Assembly (NCBI GenBank): GCA_964016885.1
Contig: OZ024741.1
Coordinates: 90,210,001-90,274,000 of the forward strand
Source of the DNA: Eledone cirrhosa
Lineage: Eukaryota
Direction of reading: 5' to 3'
Length of the DNA: 64,000 nt
The translations under genes were made by a program, and so were the position numbers. Of this stretch, positions 26,408 to 39,642 are shown one piece after another (the first letter of the stretch is position 1; the number at the start of each line of letters is the position of its first letter). Under the pieces are notes generated by a model. That model was given only the letters and a program-made list of their open reading frames with translations. It was not told where the DNA came from and searched no databases.

Positions 26408-26412
<5 letters not shown>
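25808..26412 (+). mobile_element. Retrozyme-like ~461 nt HHR unit with inverted arm
   Basis: Forward unit 25941-26412 and inverted arm 25808-25932. Paralog at 52517-52935. Confidence 0.7.
26147..26187 (+). ncRNA. Type I hammerhead ribozyme
   Basis: CGGTG-CTGATGA-TAGCT(AACA)AGCTT-GAAA-CTAG-TA-CATCG. Confidence 0.75.
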
Positions 26413-26453
<41 letters not shown>

Positions 26454-26459
<6 letters not shown>

Positions 26460-28458
26460 ATATTTGGGGAGGGTCATATTGTTATAATATTGTCAGAAAT
26501 AATAGGTTACTATTTTCTATTGTATACTTTCTTAAAGTATAAAAATATTGAATATAGAAATAAGTAGTGTTACTACAACAACGATGACCTTATATTTAAT
26601 TACTCGTAATTGGCCTATTTACAGAATATTTCCTTTGCCCCCAAAGTTACTTTATCTGGCAATCAATGTTTATTTTTGACCAACGGTTAAAAATAAAGAT
26701 ATAAATATATATATATATATATATAGTCTATCAAAGTTCTTTCGTCACACATCTGTGACATCATCAGTGGTACTATTATGTTTCCTCCCGTTGTATTGTA
26801 ATGCCTACGCTATTTTTATTTTGTTTATTTATTTATTTATATTTCCCTTAGGTCAGTATTGTTTATTTGGGTATGGTTGTTATTATTCCATTCGTCTTTT
26901 CTGTTCAACTTTGGTTTTCTTAGTTCTATCTCCGATTTGCCTACCTGTTAAGTAATTTCTATGCTTAGATTTTAATTTCTATGTTGTCTATATTACCATC
27001 ATGTCTTTGTCTGGCGTGTTCATATAGTACTGAACCGGTTTTGTCCTTTTTAGTTCCCCCAAGTGCTGGTCTAGTCTTTCTCCTATGCTTCGTCATGTTT
27101 CTGCAAGTACCCTCTGTACATCTTATGCTATAGGCTACATTTCTAGTTTTACAATTTATCTGGGGGTTCATTCTACATATAACACATTTCTTATTCGTAC
27201 AGTGGGTTTTCTTTCCGATCAGGGATTTTATGGTAGTTCCTGGCTTTTCTACCACTTTAATCTTTAGCTGGGCCTTTCTACATTGCTTAGCTAATTTCCC
27301 TCCAGGGATAGCATCCACGAACATGACACTCTGGTATCTTTGGTTGTCGTACCATGAAGTGGATTTCTTTATCTTATGTTTAGTCCTATCTAAGCTATTC
27401 CATGATTTTCCCCTGTATAATGGGCAAATTCCTTTCGTGACCATTTCTATGAGGGTCTTATATTTCTCCGTGGCTCCTTTGTATACTCTGATTCTGTCTC
27501 TTTGGTTGTTGCCAGAGAACTGCATTTGGTTGATGAAGTGTTGGATGTCTCTTTCCATTTCAGTTGGGTCGCACATGCAGGATACATTCTTCATCACTCG
27601 TACCAAGTCAGCGATCAGAATATTAAACTTAGCACTATTGGACATTGCTGAGTTTTTGAGTATCAGGTATTTGGAGGCCATGGGTTTAGCATAGTGTGAG
27701 TGGAGACTTTGGCCCCTCTCGTTTATAGTGTTTAACCGGTGTTCCGTGTCTAATGCTGGTACTCTATTGTTAGGGTGTTTGGAAGGATAGTCAATAGTTT
27801 CACTTATATTTTGGTGTATGTAGTTAGCTATCTGCTGGATGCTCTCCATTGTGCTATTTTCTAGGTTCAGGTTTATTGGTACTCTCTTGTGGGGGTGTTC
27901 TTATTACTATATTAATATCGTCTACGTAACGAGAGTACATAACGAGGGCTATGGAGATTTCTTTTAGGAGTTCTCTGAGTCTCCTTTCCCACCACACCAT
28001 AAATAGATTGGCAACATCGCCAGCTATGCTGACGCCAATGGCTGCCCTCTCATTCTGGGTGTAGATTTTTTTCATTAAATTTAAACATATGGCTCTTTAG
28101 GGTAGTTTTAATACTAGCCCCTATTGGATGTGCGACCATTTTTCTCACCTGGTCGTTGTTTTGGGGTGTCCGTATGGCTTCGGTACATCCATTCCATCTT
28201 CCTATGGGAGTCTTTTTAGCCATTGAGGTTATGGTGGGGGGTTTACCTCTTATAGGTCTATTGAGGCAGAAACAGCTAAGGTCATAATTATCTAAGTATT
28301 CAGTGTCATAAGTAAGTTTAAATAGGAGGTCCAGTTCATATGTGTCGACGACGCAGAACTCCACCCCACTCTCACTGATTATTTCCACACATTTTCCACA
28401 GCAAAATCAATGTCAATGGATGGGTACAGGGATACAACATCCATACTGCCTATTATGC
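26454..28458 (-). mobile_element. Degenerate PLE related to PLE-B
   Basis: Frameshifted RT/EN pieces (28050-28388, 27854-28075, 26965-27849) homologous to PLE-B, with the same ATTGTTATATTTGGGGAGGGTCAT terminus. Confidence 0.9.
26723..26776 (-). ncRNA. Hammerhead motif (PLE-A/B family)
   Basis: CTGATGA-T-GTCACA(GATG)TGTGAC-GAAA-GAAC-TT. Confidence 0.7.
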
Positions 28459-28479
28459 ATTATATATACATAATTCTTT

Positions 28480-29095
28480 GTCTCTCTATCTGCCTTTTCC
28501 TTATGCATTTCCAAACGGCTCGACCAAATATTTCAAGGTAATAGTATTATACCCCAGGAGTAACATGTAATTTTTATTTTCATTTGGATTAAAACAATTT
28601 AATACTTTATCTAAAATAATCTACTATAGACAAGTAAACGGATATTTTATAACACGACGACGACGTCACATTTTGTGTATGAGTGTGTATGTATCTGTGA
28701 GTGTGTGTATGTGTCTGTGAGTGGGTTTGCGCGTTCATTACGTACCTTACGCCTTAGCAAGTTCCCTGTTAGAGCCAGTTTTGCTATGACCATACATAAA
28801 GTTCAGGCTCAGAGTTTCAAAGTTGTAGGATTGAATACAAGAGAATCGGTTTTTGCCCACGGACAGTTGTATGTAGGTTGTTCACAGGGAGAAACACCTA
28901 GAAATCTTCATATACTACTCACGAACAGTAAAACGAAGAATCCAGTGTAACTGGAAGATTTTTTTATTGTTTATTTTTTGTAACTCACTCACCGCGGTCT
29001 CGCTTCATACTGTAAAGCAGACAAACATCCAATACAGTCATTTTCTCTTCTACCTGTCTTATCTTATCATTTGTTTACCCTGGTGCATCAGCTAG
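28480..29095 (+). mobile_element. Helitron remnant with PIF1-helicase C-terminal fragment
   Basis: FPVRASFAMTIHKVQAQS..VGL....VFAHGQLYVGCS (28755-28950), and a CTAG|T 3' end at 29092-29096. Confidence 0.8.
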
Positions 29096-29509
29096 TATAT
29101 ATATATATATATAATATATATATATTATATATAATTTATGTTAGGCTATTTACCAATGGATAGAACCGGGAGTTTGGGTTGGTAAACGATTATGCAACAA
29201 ATTAACCAAAGCACTCAACGTTATGCAAATCATCCATCGTAGATGTGGTATCCAGTGGCTGGTGCAGGAACTGAGTAGAGTATTAATTAAAACAACAGAA
29301 GGCCGGACTGGAAAAATTACTTTAGAATTTGAATCCCGCGAAAGCACTATACATATTTCGATGGCACAGTTCTATCATCCGATTATGATGCAAGATTAAG
29401 CGATTTCATCAGGTGTTATTTGCAGAATTATGTAACATTACGTTGAATCCAAACATAGAATAGAAGATAGGAAAAAAATGGAAGATAGAAAACACACACA
29501 CATATACAG

Positions 29510-29625
29510 TGAAGGCGCATGGCTTAATAGTGTATTCGGCTTACGATTGTAAGGTTGTGAGTACGATTCCCGGCAACGCATTGTATCCTTGAGCAAGACA
29601 CTTTATTTTATGTTACTCCAATTCA
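29510..29625 (+). mobile_element. Second tRNA-derived SINE family (TTGAGCAAGACACTTTATTT domain)
   Basis: tRNA-like head. Relatives at about 53470-53735, 58205-58440 and 59170-59280. Confidence 0.65.
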
Positions 29626-29804
29626 CCCCCCCCCCCACACACACACACATATATATTTAAAAAGAGAGAAGAGAGGACGCAATTTGTTACTGGCCTGATA
29701 GTTTTTTTGTTTTGTTAATTTTCTTTTCGCTGTGTGTTATACATGAGAATCAGAAGTATGTATGTATGTATGTATGTATGTATGTATGTATGTATGTATG
29801 TATG

Positions 29805-30144
29805 TACCACCCGGTTAAACCACTGGGAGTGAAGGACCTCTAGTCTTTGTCAAGGCATTCTTCTAGGAGAAGGCAACTCAAGAAACTGGGATAACTCCGA
29901 TATAAAACCTGCGGCTCAGTAGTTACCGATGATATTGATCTTTTCTTCTTTTCGGGTTATAGCTACTGTCGCTGAGAGAGTGGGATTGGCTCAGTGCACA
30001 GTCTTTCCTTACTTTAAAAAATATCTTCACGCACAGGCATTGCACGATAGAATTAATTAATAATTATTAATAATGGTATATCGTGCAATGGCCATACTCG
30101 ATAACGAGGGGGGCAGCCATCATGTATGTATGTCTGTTTGTCTC

Positions 30145-30185
<41 letters not shown>

Positions 30186-30374
30186 ATGTATGTATGTATG
30201 TATGTATGTATGTATGTCATTATGTGTCAATAATTGTCACAAGTATAGTGTTTGTACCAGAGCTTTCAAGTCGCTGTCTGGACTAAAAAGTAACACTCGT
30301 TCTGCGCATCGGTAGGGGTTCTCCTACATGGATATAGAGTAGTGGCCGTGCTCGAAAACGAGTTGGCAGCCACC
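29805..30374 (+). mobile_element. Non-autonomous RTE-related element
   Basis: Homologous to 18800-19204, with an internal microsatellite. Confidence 0.65.
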
Positions 30375-31134
30375 ATATATATATATATATATGTATGTTT
30401 GTTGGTTTGTTTCCTACTACTAATTACTTTCATGGTTACTTTATCACCTCAACGTTAAACTTTAAACACTCCACCCGCTTCTCTTAATGGTGCGTAACAT
30501 CATTATCATTCAAGTGGACAGCAAAGATATGTACGCTTTTTCTATGTACTTATCAATGTCTCCTTCAACCCTCAAAACACTCATTTTTTTTCTCAGCGGT
30601 CGCTTGTTCTGCTAGAAATAACAACCAAATCGCCCTTGAATCACACCCTGTCTTAACCGTCAAAGGACTCCTTGAATAATATGCCGATAAAAAAATTTAA
30701 TTTGATATTTTTACATGTTTATATGCCCGACGCGTATATTTACATACATACACATTTATGCAATCTTAGTTAAACTCTGTACTGTATATATACAGATGTA
30801 CAAAAAAAAAAAAAAAGATAGATTAAAAAAAAAGACACGGGATGATCATTGTTTCAACAACTTAGGTATCAGATCAATCAGAACTAAGCTACAGAAATTT
30901 GCCTACTGCTTCTGGAGGCTCCCTTGTTGGTACGTTCCTTTTCATTTACTTGTTTCATCTGTATGAAAGCATTCTTCTTGTTGTTCTTGAATAACTGTAA
31001 GTCGAGTATGCAGGGGAAAAAAACATGGCCATGAAGGGAATTCTAGAGAGTTGACGTTCTAGAATGGAACGAATGACAGCATAATTGCAATTTAGTAACA
31101 CCATTCCGACTTTGTATCCTTATAACTGATACAT

Positions 31135-32822
31135 ATTAATGATTCCTGATTTAGGCACAAGGCCAGCAATCTTGGGGAGGGAAAAGTCGATTAAATCGAC
31201 GCCCGTGCGTTACTGGTGCTTTATTTTATCGACTCCGTAAGGATGAAAGACAAAGCTAACCATCTGCGGAATTTGAAATCGGGCCGTATATCTATGCTGC
31301 AAAGCATATTGTCCGACGCTTTGCAGTGATACGTTTACAAGTGTGTAATTGTGTAGGTTACGATTATGTTGATGGAATTAATTGTTTTTCTCGTAATAAG
31401 TGTGTTGGGTTGGTAGAATAGGTAAATCCTCGGATAAAATGCTATTGTGGTATTTGTTCTGGCTCTTTACATTCTGAGTTCAAATCTCGCTGAGGATAAA
31501 CTTTGCCTTTCATCTTTGCGTGGTCAATAAAATACTGTACCAGTCATCTACTGGCGTCGATGCAATCGACTTTCCCCAACCCCCTCAAATTGTTTGTCTT
31601 GTTCCTAAATTAGACATCAATATTTTATCGCAGTTGGCATAGGGTTACGCCCCTTTACGATCTGAGTTCAAATCCTACCGAGGTTAGCTTTGCCTTTCAT
31701 CCTTACGGGGTCGATAAAATAAAGTACCAGTAATGCACTGGGCTTGATTTAATTGACTAACTCCTCCCCAAAAATTGTTGGCCTTGTGCCTAACTCAGAG
31801 ACCCATATTTTTCTCGCAGTTCTTAGTTGTAGAAATATTTCCTTCCTTGTAGAACATCTGTAATAATTAAAAGAGAAAAAACAAACAATTTCTGATTAAT
31901 ATTATCCATGAAATTACCCAGTGCAAAGTACCAGTAATGCACTGGGTAATTGCTGGCCTTGTGCCTAAAGTAGAAACAATTATCCATGAAATTAGAAGGC
32001 ATGATAAAAAAAACATTACTCGAAAAAATTATATATTAATAATGGTTTCTGATTTAGACACAAGGCCAGCAATTTGAAGGGGAGGGGATAGTCGATTAAA
32101 TCTACCCCAGTGCATTACTGGTACTTTATTTTATCGACCCCGTGAGGATGAAAGGCAAAGCTAACCTCTGCGGGATTTGAACAAAGAACGCAAAGGGCCG
32201 TAACTCTATGCTGAAAAGCATGTTGTGCGGTGCTCTACCTATTCTGCCAATCCATAATACCAGGTTTATGTTTACTTTCGGGCATAATTATTTCGGTCAC
32301 TATTTGTAAGTTGGCTTAAACCTAAACTCGGAAATGTTTACATCATGCCTTCCAATTCAATGTTGATATTGTATAATATCAATCATAATAATTGTTTCTG
32401 CAATAGGCACAAGGCCAGCAATTTGAAGGGAATGGGAAAGTCGACCAAATCGATCCCAGTGCGTTACTGGTACTTTATTTTATCGACTCCGGAAGGATGA
32501 AAAGCAAAGTTAACCTGGGCGGTATTTGAACTCAGAACGTAAAGAGCCATAACTCTATGCTGCAAAACATGGTGTCTGACGCTCTACCGATACTACTAAT
32601 CCACCGCAACAATAATGTATTAGATTTGCTACGGAAACGTAATGACATTTCTACAACTATGAATTGCAAAAAAAGAAATTGTTGTCGTAATATATACAAT
32701 CGGAGATCTATCTGAATTTTTTCATAATATAATTGTTTCTACTTTTGCACAAGGCCAGCAATTACCTAGTGCATTATTGGTACTTTATTTTATCGACCCC
32801 CGTAAGGATGAAAGGCAAAGTT
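31135..32822. mobile_element. Cluster of ~7 SINE copies in both orientations
   Basis: Repeated GAGTTCAAAT/GCCTTTCATCC/GTACCAG/GGCCTTGTGCC blocks. Confidence 0.85.
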
Positions 32823-34451
32823 AAGAAAGTTATGAAGAAACCTGGTTGAGGTGGGAGAGCACTAAACTATAGTTATGCTAGATTGTGATTAGTGGTCAGT
32901 GGGGGATCTTGAAGAATTAGACAATATGTGACTCGAGACCAGCCAGATCTGAGAGACACAGATCATTATAGTAGCAGTAGAAAAACAGAGTAAAGAGACA
33001 ACACGTTTTGAGGGATAGAGATTGATGTGTGTTAGTGAGCGTCTCGACGCCAATCAGTTGATTGGCCTATACAGTCAAGCCGTAGATATGTTGGAGTAGT
33101 AAATTATGACCTTTTAGCCTGTAGATTGGTTTTCTTATTTAGTGTATCAATTCCTTTTATAACCTGAAATTCAAGCTTTAAATGCTCTTGTTTGGCCTTT
33201 AGGAAATTTAATGTCGCAATTTCACGCATCACAGCTTCAGATAGTATTACTATTGTTATTGTCCTTTTGTTAGTGTCTCTTTCTTGATGTTGTTGTTGCT
33301 GATTTGACCCAAGTCAGCTCTAATTGAGCAGACCGATGATCAAAGGCATTCCAATCATGACCCAATTTTTACCGCAAGATATTAAGAGCATCCGAGGGAG
33401 ATTTAGCTGCTATTTCTAATGAGCTTGCTGTTTGTTGGTAATAGATCTTGTCAGTAGTTCAGTTATTACAGTAAATATACGGAGAGAAAATGTGTCGAAC
33501 TACTTTGCACATTTTGTTGGACCTCTGTTGTTTCTGAAGATTAGTGCTTTAGTTGATTCAGTCAACGGAACAGCCTACTCGATAAATTAACTTGTAAGTG
33601 GCTGAGCATTCAACAGCCACGTGCACCCTTAATCTAGTTCTCGTGAGATGCAATGCGACACAATAAGTGACAATACACAATACAAACACGAATGCCATTA
33701 GATTTTCTAAAGGAACAAATAAAGCTTCAATGGTTCACTTATCCAACATATGCATATTTAGTAGTATTTTACCAAGTATAATTAACAACGATAGTGATGT
33801 TTAATCTGATTAAGAAGTGACTCCACCAGATTGTTTTTGTATAGGCAACGAAACAAGAAATATTGCAGGTATGTATTTACTTTGGTGGTTTCAATTTGTA
33901 TTACGTTTTTTGTTTATTCTTTTGACTTTATGGGTGTAATGTAAAAGATCAGTGTTTAGTTTAGCGTGCAACTATCCACTGCTTGTGTAATTCTAAATTT
34001 AATTTTGTGTAGTAAGATCATATTTTGTGTGAAATACTACATGCCCTTACATCATAAATGATGGTTATATAAATGATATAACACGCTCATAAAATGTTTA
34101 AAATAGCCATTAAATGCTTCTCACACTCAGAGAATATCAAACACTAGGTCATGGCACCTGCCTGTAAGATTTGTTTGGTTCTAAAATTTCAAAAAATTAA
34201 CCCTGGTAAAGAATCACCCGAGTGAATCCCCATACTCTTTTCTCTACGTAGAACAGAATTTTCATTTGACGACGAAACAAATATACTTAGCTAGGAACTT
34301 CCTGTAGTAGATTCAACAAGTACTAGTAATATGTTTAGTTGTAATGTTGATGCGTGAGTGTGTCCCCGTGAAATATGCACCAGGTCCGGACACAAAAGAA
34401 CCAAATTCCCACTGTCACTGCCTCTACCGCTCTCTCCATCTCTTACTATTA

Positions 34452-34700
34452 TTAGCAAATGGGGGCCGACGTGCTGGCCGCCCACGGCCCAGGCGACACA
34501 ATAGAGAAGGCGTTTTCCCGCAGGATGGTGAGGGAGACGCGCTCAAAGAGCCATTCCAGCTTGTGAGACTCATACTTGCAGGTAGAAAACTTTGTGCCGA
34601 CGGTGGTGAGTAGGGGGGTGGCCCTAGGACCAAGGACACCAGAAGTCTCCACTGCCACGAGCTCGACCGCAAACATATCGGAGAGCGACCGTGTTAGCTT
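34452..34700 (-). pseudogene. CRE-clade non-LTR retrotransposon restriction-like endonuclease C-terminus
   Basis: VAVETSGVLGP...WLFERVSLTILRENAFSI matches the AVET.G..GP...QR.S.AI.RGNA pattern. Confidence 0.7.
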
Positions 34701-35277
34701 TTCGCAGCATTTAGTTGGTAGGCATGAAACTGTGGATTGTGAGAGGTGGGGATTATAGGGTCATGCTGCTTGAAGAACGTTAATGATGTTAGCTAAATAG
34801 AATTGGGTTTGGTCGAGATTCGAAACTAATTCGCGTAGAAGACTTGACAACTATCCTCATTTAAACCGTGTTCATTACACTTTGAGCTGGATATATTCTG
34901 TTAAAATGGCATATAAACTAGTTTGAATAAATACTTTAAATAAATACTAAAATAATACATACAAGGAAGCCTTTGCATGGTAACTCAATATGCAAGAAAT
35001 ACTATATAAAAACTTCCCTCAAACCATATTCTATCTTTTCTAAAAACGGGCGCATACATTGGATAAAGTAGTGCTAAATACATTCTCTGAAAATAGGATG
35101 GGATGGTACAAGTTGAAGCGCCTTACTCATACATCTGCTTCAGCGTAGAAGAAATCATTACATACATAAACATACATACATCCATTCATACATACATGCA
35201 TATATACATACATAGATACATATGAGTGAAATTTGTTAGATGGAAACTGTTGTATATACACACACACGTATATATAT

Positions 35278-36000
35278 ATAAATGATATAGATATCCCAGT
35301 AGGTACTAGGTACCCACGGAAATATATATGGTGTCTATAATAGTGGTTGTTCTATGGTACTAATTTGATATACCAGAACTGTAAATATGAGCGGAACAAG
35401 TAAACATTAAACAATCTTTCAAATAAATTAAAATACGATTTAAATATTTACCTCTATGGCACTAGAAGAGGTAAATATTTAAATCGTAATTTAATTTATT
35501 TAAAAGATTGTTTAATGCTTACTTGTTCCGCTCATATTTACAGTTCTGGTATATCAAATTAGTACCATAGAACAACCACTATTATAGACACCATATATAT
35601 TTCCGTGGGTACCTAGTACCTACTGGGATATCTATATCATTTATCTAATTCTCCTTAATGTAGAGAAAAAAATGCTGTATCATGCTGCTATTTCTAGCAG
35701 CATGAAATATCAGAGAGTCTATAATTCCCGCTTTTTCTAACGGTCCAATAAGTGTGTGGGTCATTTTAACGGCTTGATTCATTCACTGGGCAGAGGGTGA
35801 TATATCTACATCTATACGGACTTATGTCTAGTAGATTTGGAAAAGCAATCTGAAGAGCTATATCTTTCCATTTGAAATCCTCTGAATTTCCAATCTTTTG
35901 ATAAGCGAAACCGTCGGTCATGGCACTAGAAGAGGTAAATATTTAAATCGTATTTTGATTTATTTGAAAGATTGTTTAATGTTTACTTGTTCCGCTCATA
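35278..36000 (+). mobile_element. Retrozyme-like 464 nt HHR unit with direct terminal repeat and inverted arm
   Basis: Direct repeats 35456-35536 and 35920-36000. Inverted arm 35278-35455 versus 35467-35644. TA flanks. Confidence 0.8.
35845..35924 (+). ncRNA. Type I hammerhead with large loop II
   Basis: GCAAT-CTGAAGA-GCTATATC...GATAAGC-GAAA-CCGTCGG-TC-ATGGC. Confidence 0.7.
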
Positions 36001-36024
36001 TATATATATATATATATATATATT

Positions 36025-37725
36025 TAAGCCACACGGCTTATCCGTGACGATAGATCCTAGCACTAAGACGGTGAATTCCCTGGACGTTACCCTGGAAATG
36101 ACTACGGGCATCCACCGACCTTATTTCAAGCCCAATGAGAACCTGCAATATGTGAACAGGCAATCGAACCACCCCAAGTCAGTAGAAGCAATAGTTAAAG
36201 GGGTATCTAAACGCGTATCCACCCTGTCGGCCAACGCAGACGTGTTCAAACACCACGCCGACTATTATAATGAGGCACTGCGCAGGGCCGGTTACACAGA
36301 TAGCATAGTGTATACCACAGACAGGGAAGAGCCTAGCGCCGAGGCATGTGGATACGGCAATAGGTAGAAGAAATGACCCGGTACTAGCCTCCAAGAACAC
36401 GAGTAGTAACACAGTTCACCTTAAAGACACAGGACCCACAATAGGACAGACGAAGACACACACGGGCGCTGGATCACCCAGTACACGTAGGCAAAAGCCC
36501 GGCACGCACACCACATGCGTCGCGGTAACTAGAACTAGGGACAGGGTAACGACAAGTACGACCGTGGCACCCGTTATAGGAAACACCCGACCTGGTAGCA
36601 GTGGTATAGCCCCGACAACAGCACCACATAGCATTAAAGAGACTAACAGTGGAGCCGACAATACAAAACGGAATACCTTAGTAAGTGAAAGGCATAACCA
36701 TGACGCCCACAGCAGACATATAGATAGAGGCAACATAGGGGACGTAATAATGGGCGGGCAAAACCCGAGACGGACATCAGACCCAAGACACACTCACACG
36801 ACTACACACACACGAAAGAACAAGACTAGATCTAAGGCCGTTACATGGTTTAACGCGTCGTATTCTAAGCATGTACGCAGGAATGTGCCAGGGCTTTATT
36901 TCCAAGCGTTAGACGAGTGTTTCCCGCCGTCGAACAAATACCACAAGATTTTCAACCGCCACACGGTGAAGTTTTCCTTCCCCACAGGACCTGACATGGC
37001 CGACTACATGGCCAAAACCAACGCGGTAAAGATGGGGAATCTCGACCGTCAACCGCAGTGGCAGAATGACCGTCCATCGGATCTCGGAGGGCCCCTCGAA
37101 GACCGGTTTCCAACAACAACCCGGCCCTCGCGGCTGCCGCCACGCCCGCGAAAGGTGATACAATCCAACGCCGGGAGGGAACGAGTGGCGGAGGGGAGAC
37201 GACCTTGCCGGCGGAACAACACCCTGAGAATCAGGAGAGGGACCTAGCAGATCAAGGACCAGGCGTCCGAAATGAACAAAATAACAATGTAACTGCAGAG
37301 CGGGCACCCAGTGCCCCCTGCAGGGAAGATGTCTGACGAAGGGCCTGGTATATAAATGTGTGGTTAGCACGCACAATATAAAGCGCACCTACATCGGCGC
37401 AACATCCACGAGCTTTAAATCGCGGATGTATAACCACACGAACTCTTTCAAGGACCGCAGTAAGAGGCAGTCTACTAGGCTAACGGACCTGGTGTGGGAC
37501 TTGAAAGACAAGGGCACCCCGTACGCCCTTGAATGGAGTATCGTTCTGCACGCGAATGCATACTCGGCTAAGAGTAGAAAGTGTAGCCTATGCCTATACG
37601 AGGCCATGGAAATAGTCAGACTGAAGGATGATGCGGTCAACCTGAAATCGGAAATAATCATGACGTGCAGACACCAGAGAAGGTGCACACTCTCAGCATG
37701 GAATCCACCGGGAATCCTAGGCTAA
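36025..37725 (+). pseudogene. PLE RT thumb plus GIY-YIG fragment (WFN / CNC..CPL type), frameshifted
   Basis: LDVTL, YVNRQSNHP, YYNEALRRAGY, TWFNASYS, KIFNRHTVKFSF, CNCRAGTQCPLQGRCL, LVY...YIGAT, CSLCLYE. Confidence 0.88.
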
Positions 37726-38224
37726 AGGCATGCGGCGGACCACGCGCCGACCAGAGCGGCGAAACGGGCTCAAGGGATCAGACACCATACCCTGATGACA
37801 GTATATGCCCCGTGGGGTAAACCAAAATAACCCAACCCTAGATGCATACCCGACTCTGCACCTCACCTTAGGCAAGAACATCGCCTGAGCCGGGACAGGT
37901 TGACCCAGTTTCCACTGACTTTCAGTCAAATACCTTACACCTATAGGACAGCATACCTCAACCACAGTGACATATTCCAGTATGGCCGGTCCACGCACCC
38001 CCAGGCATGTGTACCTTTTCAATCGAGAATACATACTCTCCACGTATTCCATTTTGGAACACATATTATTTGTTCCGTGTACAGGCCCAAGTGTACATCT
38101 CATACTCCTCTTATGTACTATATCATACGCAGACACGTCCCTTCTTTTTTATATATCTCTGTGACGTTATATATATATTTTTAATATATTGTATATTTCT
38201 TTTTTATATGTGTGTATGTACATA

Positions 38225-38272
<48 letters not shown>

Positions 38273-38469
38273 CACACACATATGTACATACACACACATA
38301 CACATAAAAAATCTACAATATACTAAAATATACACATAACGTCATACATTAAAGGATTATCTTGTAGTAAACATGCACATATATAAACAATATAACCATA
38401 TACATACATCCATACACATACACATATACATATATATATATATTTGTATATACACACATATATACATAT

Positions 38470-38800
38470 ATAGCTGATCCTTTGGCTGTGGGACGGCTTA
38501 GCTAGCGCTGAGTTATAATAATTAGCATTACTATTGAAGATCTCTTTATTGGCAGACGTTAGAGATCCTGTCAGAGACACTCTTAACTACGGCCTTAACT
38601 ATATATCTAGGGTGATTGGACCCAGCGTTGATATACACCAGCTTCTCATTGGCTTTATGATATAGGTGGTGTAGCTTGGTGTTGAGATTGAGGGTGGTGT
38701 CCAGGAAACTAACTATTTTTCTATTGGGTTCCATCTCTACTTTAAGTCCTACCTTGCTAAAAAAAGGTGTCTAATTCTCCTCTTCATATTTTCGACCATT
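38470..38800 (-). pseudogene. PLE RT fragment
   Basis: FLDTTLNL...YINAGSNHP...YYNSALAK. Confidence 0.8.
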
Positions 38801-39180
38801 GCGCAGAGAAGAAGAGAAAACTAAAAAAAATAAATAAATAAACAGATTAAATAAAGATGGCGTAGATATACAATACAACAGGAGGAAACATAATAGTACC
38901 ACTGACGATGTTGCAGATGTGCAACGAAAGAACTTTGTTAGACTATATATATGTGTTTGTGTCTATATTATATCTGTATTTTTGACCGTTGGTCAGTCAA
39001 TGGTAAACATTGAGGACCGAATAAATTAACTGATATAAAAGACACAGAGGCGAAAACCAACCAAACAGTGAGTGTGTTCTGTTATTAATTCTGGCAATAT
39101 TATAACAATATGACCATCCCCAAGTATAACGATATTTGTTTCGACACACGATTTCATATCAAAAACTTCGCAAAACAAAT
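38800..39180 (+). mobile_element. Solo pLTR plus 3' extension of the PLE-B family (HHR at 38893-38946)
   Basis: Homologous to 10190-10625, with CTGACGA-T-GTTGCA..TGCAAC-GAAA. Confidence 0.85.
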
Positions 39181-39288
39181 ATATATAGTTATATATATAT
39201 ATATATATATAGTTATACATATATATATATATAGTTATACATATATATATATATAGTTATACATATATATATATAGTTATATATAGTT

Positions 39289-39341
<53 letters not shown>

Positions 39342-39356
39342 TATATATATATATAG

Positions 39357-39414
<58 letters not shown>

Positions 39415-39561
39415 TTTGAGTATATCTTGGTTGTATACCAACACCTCAGTATGCAGATTGGAGCACTCGGCGAAGTGCGCAGGTTGGTTTGGTTACTCCG
39501 GAGTAATGTAAAATAAAATAAAATAAATAAGTCAAATGTTTAAAATTTGGCTTCGTTTATT

Positions 39562-39616
39562 ACTGCTATATATATTTCGGTGACAGCCATCTTTGGCTGT
39601 GACCTCTTCAGGTAGT
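39562..39616 (-). ncRNA. Type I hammerhead ribozyme
   Basis: ACTAC-CTGAAGA-GGTCACAGCCA(AAGA)TGGCTGTCACC-GAAA-TATATA-TA-GCAGT. Confidence 0.75.
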
Positions 39617-39642
39617 CCGAAATAGTGTGGTAGAGACGTAGA

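Noticed and set aside
37785-37830. CTGATGA in a PLE 3' UTR
   Set aside because: No matching helix II, GAAA and UH arrangement.
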